Part shown: positions 60,004 to 63,984 of the stretch, in pieces
Numbering within the stretch: position 1 is the stretch's first letter
Layout of the letters: every line of letters starts with the position of its first letter
Made by a program: the position numbers and the translations under genes
The notes under the pieces: generated by a model
Told to the model about the DNA's origin: nothing
Seen by the model: only the letters and a program-made list of their open reading frames with translations
Database searches by the model: none
Source of the DNA: Myxococcota bacterium
GTDB lineage: Bacteria > Myxococcota_A > UBA796 > GCA-2862545
Reading direction: 5' to 3'
DNA length: 63,984 nt
Assembly (NCBI GenBank): GCA_039208735.1
Contig: JBCCQY010000043.1
Location: forward strand, 1-63,984

Positions 60004-60894
60004 ATGCGTTGGATGATCGGACTGATTTGGGTTGGGAGCGGTTGCTCGGGAGGATCCTCGGACGCCACCGGCGACACCGGCACGCCGCCCGAGACCGAAG
60101 AAACGCCGTTTGAGTGCGTGACTCAGAGCTGGGACGACCTGCCGGGGGTTCTCACGGGCAGCGTCGGTGGCGAAGAGGTGATTCAGATCACCGTGCCCAC
60201 CACAGCAACGTGGGGCTTCAGCACTCTCGGATCCAACTTCGATACCGAACTGACCCTCCGTGAGGATTGCCAAGGCTACGGCACTCTCGGCATCAACGAC
60301 GACTGGATTGGCCTCGACTCTTACGTCGAAACCGATCTTTCAGCTGGCGACACGATCATCGCGCTGTTGTCGGGGTACGGGGGTGAGTCCGGAAACTTCG
60401 AACTACACGCCTTCGAAGTTGAAGACGAAGAGTCCGACTGTGGCGACTTGCTCGACACCGATGGGGACGGCTTGCTCGACTGTGCCGATGAGTCGTGTGC
60501 CGATCTCCCACAATGTGAGGTCGTGTGTCCGGCCAACGAGCTGATGGGTGACCTGCCGATCAACGTGACGACGGAGCTTCAGCCTGGCGGCCCCAACGCC
60601 ATCATCCCCAGTTGCGGCGATGTGCCTTCGGGAGCCGAACAAACGTTTGCCTTCACCGCGCCCGAGTCGGGGACCTACGCGTTCAACACCCAAGGCTCTG
60701 AATTCGACACGGTGATCGCGGTGCTCGACCAGTGCGAAGGGATGGAGCTGGCTTGCAATGATGACGTCGGCAACCGCTTGTTTTCCCGGGTCACCCTCGA
60801 ACTGAAGGCCAAGCAGACCGTGATTGTGGTGGTGGACAGCTATGATGCGTTTGGTTTGGGCGACGCAGTGCTGAACGTCGTGCTGACCGAGTAG
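60004..60894 (+). CDS. Lipoprotein with two PPC-like domains and a Cys/Asp metal-binding motif
   Basis: Repeated T.GS.FDT...NDD segments; DCGDLLDTDGDGLLDCADESC; SGC lipobox. Confidence 0.75.
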   Translation: MRWMIGLIWVGSGCSGGSSDATGDTGTPPETEETPFECVTQSWDDLPGVLTGSVGGEEVIQITVPTTATWGFSTLGSNFDTELTLREDCQGYGTLGINDDWIGLDSYVETDLSAGDTIIALLSGYGGESGNFELHAFEVEDEESDCGDLLDTDGDGLLDCADESCADLPQCEVVCPANELMGDLPINVTTELQPGGPNAIIPSCGDVPSGAEQTFAFTAPESGTYAFNTQGSEFDTVIAVLDQCEGMELACNDDVGNRLFSRVTLELKAKQTVIVVVDSYDAFGLGDAVLNVVLTE

Positions 60895-61398
60895 TCACCA
60901 GAGCACCAAGACCGCGACGGGGATGGTCATGGTGATGGAGGCCACAAAGAGTGCCGGCCATCCACCTCGCCCGCGGTAGCGCAAAATCACGTAAACCGGC
61001 CAGGCAAAAATCGTGGTGCCTGACCCCAGCATGGCGACCTTGGACCACGCCGTGGCTTGCAGCGAAGCGCTTGGATTCGAAAGGCTTTCGGTCAGATAGA
61101 CGATCGCAACTGCGGCCAACGCGCCCCAAAAGGGACCCCACGCACAGGCCAATCCCACATGGGCGCGGGCGGTCAGTGCGGCCAACCCCCGCATCGGCAG
61201 GGCCAGCCCCGCGCCGATGAACGCGGCGATGTGCATCCCGATCAAACCGTTCGACAGCAACGTCGGGTCGGTCATGCGATCGACAAAGCCCGCGGTGGTA
61301 ATCGGGCGCAGGAATCCTGCCAAGACGAGCAGGAACTGGGCTGTCAACAGGACCGCGCCCACCGTGGCATCCCGAACCCACGTCGCGGCGCTGCCCAA
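60895..61398 (-). CDS. Hypothetical membrane protein (start uncertain)
   Basis: About 5 hydrophobic helices; follows rluA-like gene. Confidence 0.55.
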   Translation of the reverse strand: MGSAATWVRDATVGAVLLTAQFLLVLAGFLRPITTAGFVDRMTDPTLLSNGLIGMHIAAFIGAGLALPMRGLAALTARAHVGLACAWGPFWGALAAVAIVYLTESLSNPSASLQATAWSKVAMLGSGTTIFAWPVYVILRYRGRGGWPALFVASITMTIPVAVLVLW

Positions 61399-61411
61399 GG
61401 GTCCTGCCTCG

Positions 61412-62029
61412 CTAGCCACGCAGGGCCTCACGGCACCGTTGGAGCGCTTCGGGAACCGGCGCTTCGAAGCTGCGCCCGTCGGGCAAGGTGAGTTTCTGGG
61501 CGTGAAGACACAGCCGACTGGGGTACGCTGGCACAGGAATAAAGCCGGGAATCCGGTATCGGTCGTCGCCCACGATGGAATGGCCAAGGCCGTGGAGATG
61601 CCGACGGATCTGGTGTTTGCGACCGGTTTCGGGACGTACGCCGAGCCAAGAAAACCCGCCCAGTGGCTCCAGCAAACGATAGCGCGTCACGGCGACCTGG
61701 TCGTCTACGGGAATGCGCACAATGCCCTTGCGGTGCGTCCGACCGTGAACCAAGGCCACATACCGCTTGTCGACGGTACCGCTTGCGAATTCAGCGCCAA
61801 TCGCCTTGCGAATGGCAGGCACCGCACTGAACAGCACCACGCCGGAGGCCCCCCGGTCTAGCCGGTGCAACGGGGCCATACCGGCGTGACCTTGGCTTGT
61901 GAGCCAGGCCAGCACGTCGTGGGACTCCTCCTGTCGCGCGGCGTGAACCACCCAGCCCGAAGGCTTGTCCACCACGACGAGGTCATCGTCGGCGCTCAAC
62001 ACGACAGGGGATTGCGTGGGGTCAGCCAT
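61412..62029 (-). CDS. RluA-family pseudouridine synthase
   Basis: VDKPSG, LHRLDRGASG, K.Y.A.V.G, TGRKHQIR.H, IVGD..Y, LHA. Confidence 0.93.
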   Translation of the reverse strand: MADPTQSPVVLSADDDLVVVDKPSGWVVHAARQEESHDVLAWLTSQGHAGMAPLHRLDRGASGVVLFSAVPAIRKAIGAEFASGTVDKRYVALVHGRTHRKGIVRIPVDDQVAVTRYRLLEPLGGFSWLGVRPETGRKHQIRRHLHGLGHSIVGDDRYRIPGFIPVPAYPSRLCLHAQKLTLPDGRSFEAPVPEALQRCREALRG

Positions 62030-62396
62030 CGAACGCGTCGTCCCACCACTCGACAGACCACGGCCCAGGGCCGCATTGAACCAAGGCCACGAGAAACGCC
62101 ATCTCCTCGAAGGTGTCATCTTGACGGGCCAGCCACGTTTCCGCTGCTCTGACCAAACGTCGTTGCTTCCGGGGCCCGATGGACTCCCACCCGCTGTCAT
62201 CACCCGCTTGCCGAGCTTTTACCTCGACAAAGCGCACCACACCATCCCGAACTGCGATGACATCGAGTTCGGCCCCCGAACCGCGAAAGTTCGTGGCCAC
62301 CACGGACCAACCAAGCTTCGTCAGCTCGTGAGCAACCCACCCCTCGGCGGTCACTCCGCGCTCATAGGCTTGGCGGCGGTCATGGCGGTCGCGCAC
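62022..62396 (-). CDS. YraN family protein (UPF0102)
   Basis: G..AE, NFR...ELD.IA, FVEVKAR, KQRRL..AA. Confidence 0.9.
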   Translation of the reverse strand: MRDRHDRRQAYERGVTAEGWVAHELTKLGWSVVATNFRGSGAELDVIAVRDGVVRFVEVKARQAGDDSGWESIGPRKQRRLVRAAETWLARQDDTFEEMAFLVALVQCGPGPWSVEWWDDAFDG

Positions 62397-62406
62397 CGCG
62401 GTGCGT

Positions 62407-62781
62407 TTAGCGCTGGACGGTGGGCTTGAAGTCGCGGATCGGCTTCAGACGCGCCGACTTGCCTCGGCGGGTACGGAGGAAGTGGAGCTTCGCCCGCCGG
62501 ACCTTGTGACGCGCGACGACGTCGATCTTGGCCACGTTCGGGGACGACACAGGGAAGATCCGCTCCACACCCACGCCGCTCGCCACTTTGCGAACGGTCA
62601 TGGTGGTGCGAGGCCCCCCCTTCTTGATGCGAATCACGGTGCCTTCGAACACCTGGAGACGCTGCTTGTCGCCTTCGATGATCTTGACGTGCACGCGAAC
62701 AACGTCGCCCGGGCGTACGTCGACGGGCTTGCGTTCGCGGGCGGCGACAATCTCCGCCTCGATCTGGTCGAGCAAGTTCAT
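62407..62781 (-). CDS. rplS: 50S ribosomal protein L19
   Basis: [37 protein letters not shown]. Confidence 0.98.
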   Translation of the reverse strand: MNLLDQIEAEIVAARERKPVDVRPGDVVRVHVKIIEGDKQRLQVFEGTVIRIKKGGPRTTMTVRKVASGVGVERIFPVSSPNVAKIDVVARHKVRRAKLHFLRTRRGKSARLKPIRDFKPTVQR

Positions 62782-62901
62782 CTCAATCCTCTCAGGGCGG
62801 CCTCCGCTACCCAGGAGACACCAGGAAACGTTCCCAGGGGTCCGGCCGCCGCACGTCGTTCGGTCGTGCGAAGGAACCGGCCCTCACACGTCCTCCTGCT
62901 T

Positions 62902-63612
62902 CTATTGGTCGACTTGCGAATCGTCAACGTCCGCCCGGCCTGACCACAATTCGAATAGGTCCGGGCGCCGAGATTCGGTCAACGCAACCGACTGCTCGTG
63001 ACGCCATTGCGCAATGCGCGCATGGTGCCCCGAGAGCAGTACGTCGGGCACAGCGGCACCCCGAAACTCCGCCGGTCGCGTGAACTGCGGGTACTCGAGC
63101 AGGCCTTCCGAAAAGGATTCGTCAAGCGGCGAATCGGCGTTTCCCAACACCCCAGGCACCAATCGGGCGACGGCATCGACCACCGCACTTGCTGCGATCT
63201 CGCCCCCTGTAAGCACGAAGTCCCCCAACGACACCACCTCGTCGACATAGGCCTCCACCCGCGCATCGAGACCCTCGTAGTGCCCACACACCAACACGAC
63301 GTGCGACAACGCCGACAGTTCGCGGGCCCGCGCCTGGACAAAGCGTCGTCCTTGCGCTGCGAGCAAGATGACGTGGGAGTCCTCGCGACGGACGGCCTCG
63401 ATCGCCGCGACCACGACGTCGACTCGCATGACCATCCCCGCCCCTCCGCCGTAAGGCGTGTCGTCGACGGTGCGGTGCCGTCCCACCCCGTGGTCGCGAA
63501 TGTCCACCACGCCAATCTCGATCCACCCCTGTTCGACCGCACGTCCCAGGATGCTCCCCGACAGCGGGCCTGCGACCAAGTCGGGGTGCAGGGTGAGCAC
63601 ATCAAAGCGCAT
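62902..63612 (-). CDS. trmD: tRNA (guanine-N1)-methyltransferase
   Basis: VDDTPYGGGAGMVM, CGHYEG.D.R, GDFVLTGGE, LLEYPQFTRP, LLSG.H. Confidence 0.98.
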   Translation of the reverse strand: MRFDVLTLHPDLVAGPLSGSILGRAVEQGWIEIGVVDIRDHGVGRHRTVDDTPYGGGAGMVMRVDVVVAAIEAVRREDSHVILLAAQGRRFVQARARELSALSHVVLVCGHYEGLDARVEAYVDEVVSLGDFVLTGGEIAASAVVDAVARLVPGVLGNADSPLDESFSEGLLEYPQFTRPAEFRGAAVPDVLLSGHHARIAQWRHEQSVALTESRRPDLFELWSGRADVDDSQVDQ

Positions 63613-63984
63613 CGGGATCCTCGGGGTCGTCCATCAGGGCGTCGGGTTGGAGGGTCACCGAAGGCGCCTCCACATCGATGTGGAGTACGTGCTCGGCGGT
63701 ACTCGGTACGAAGAGCGGTTCGGACTGTCCCAGGTCGATCTCGAAGACCTCGATGGGGCCTGGATGATGGATCTGGACGATGCGTCCCACCACCTCACCA
63801 TCGATCCACACCTCGGCGTTCAGCAGCTGCCAATCGTAGAACTCATCGTCGTCGAGTTCGGGCAAGCTCGCACGGGGAACGAAGATGCGCAGGTCCATGA
63901 GTTCACGCGCCGCTTCCGGCGTGGTCACCCCTTCGATCCGACCCAAACTGCGCTTTCCCGCGCCCGGGCGACTCGACATCGAGA
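63602..63984 (-). CDS. rimM: Ribosome maturation factor RimM (5' end outside window)
   Basis: EGV...EAA..L, LPELDDDEFY...L, PRC-barrel pattern; canonical position upstream of trmD. Confidence 0.9.
   Translation of the reverse strand, partial: SMSSRPGAGKRSLGRIEGVTTPEAARELMDLRIFVPRASLPELDDDEFYDWQLLNAEVWIDGEVVGRIVQIHHPGPIEVFEIDLGQSEPLFVPSTAEHVLHIDVEAPSVTLQPDALMDDPEDPDAL

Noticed and set aside
1..63984. CRISPR arrays, tRNA/rRNA genes, IS elements, integrases, prophage, known defence systems
   Set aside because: None recognised by eye. Intergenic gaps are short and composition looks uniform. A covariance-model and HMM search would be needed to exclude small RNAs or divergent defence genes.

Overview
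A gene-dense, high-GC bacterial chromosome segment. The gene content (CarH-type regulator, PEGA and PPC lipoproteins, Ser/Thr kinase with ECF sigma, Myxococcus-like LexA box) suggests Myxococcota or a related deltaproteobacterial lineage; this is inference. No CRISPR array, rRNA, tRNA, transposase, integrase or prophage was recognised. Main blocks: (1) a partial serine hydrolase with a structured upstream region and an AftB-like membrane glycosyltransferase; (2) lpd-mltD-2OG oxygenase-coxD/coxE-like genes; (3) a divergent carotenoid cluster, crtC-GT2-acyltransferase-crtD-unknown versus crtL-crtE-crtB-carH, with 11-bp repeats in the shared promoter; (4) amidases, 5'-nucleotidase, rdgB and an M16 protease; (5) an RDD-SpoIIM-DUF4129/DUF4350-MoxR-DUF58 operon ending in a Cys-rich lipoprotein, divergent from an ECF-like sigma and a ZAS-kinase-propeller gene; (6) an hpt fused to an unknown domain, then LexA-boxed imuA-imuB without dnaE2; (7) htrA, thrS, metH, an unknown coiled-coil operon, a Rieske oxygenase, and rimM-trmD-rplS-yraN-rluA. 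Best leads are the SD/anti-SD switch-like leader at 332-512, the kinase/sigma/MoxR module, the Hpt fusion, the uncharacterised 55414-58839 operon and the atypical carotenoid cluster. All calls come from motif recognition by eye, with no database searches. Many start codons were re-chosen from RBS and stop/start overlaps.
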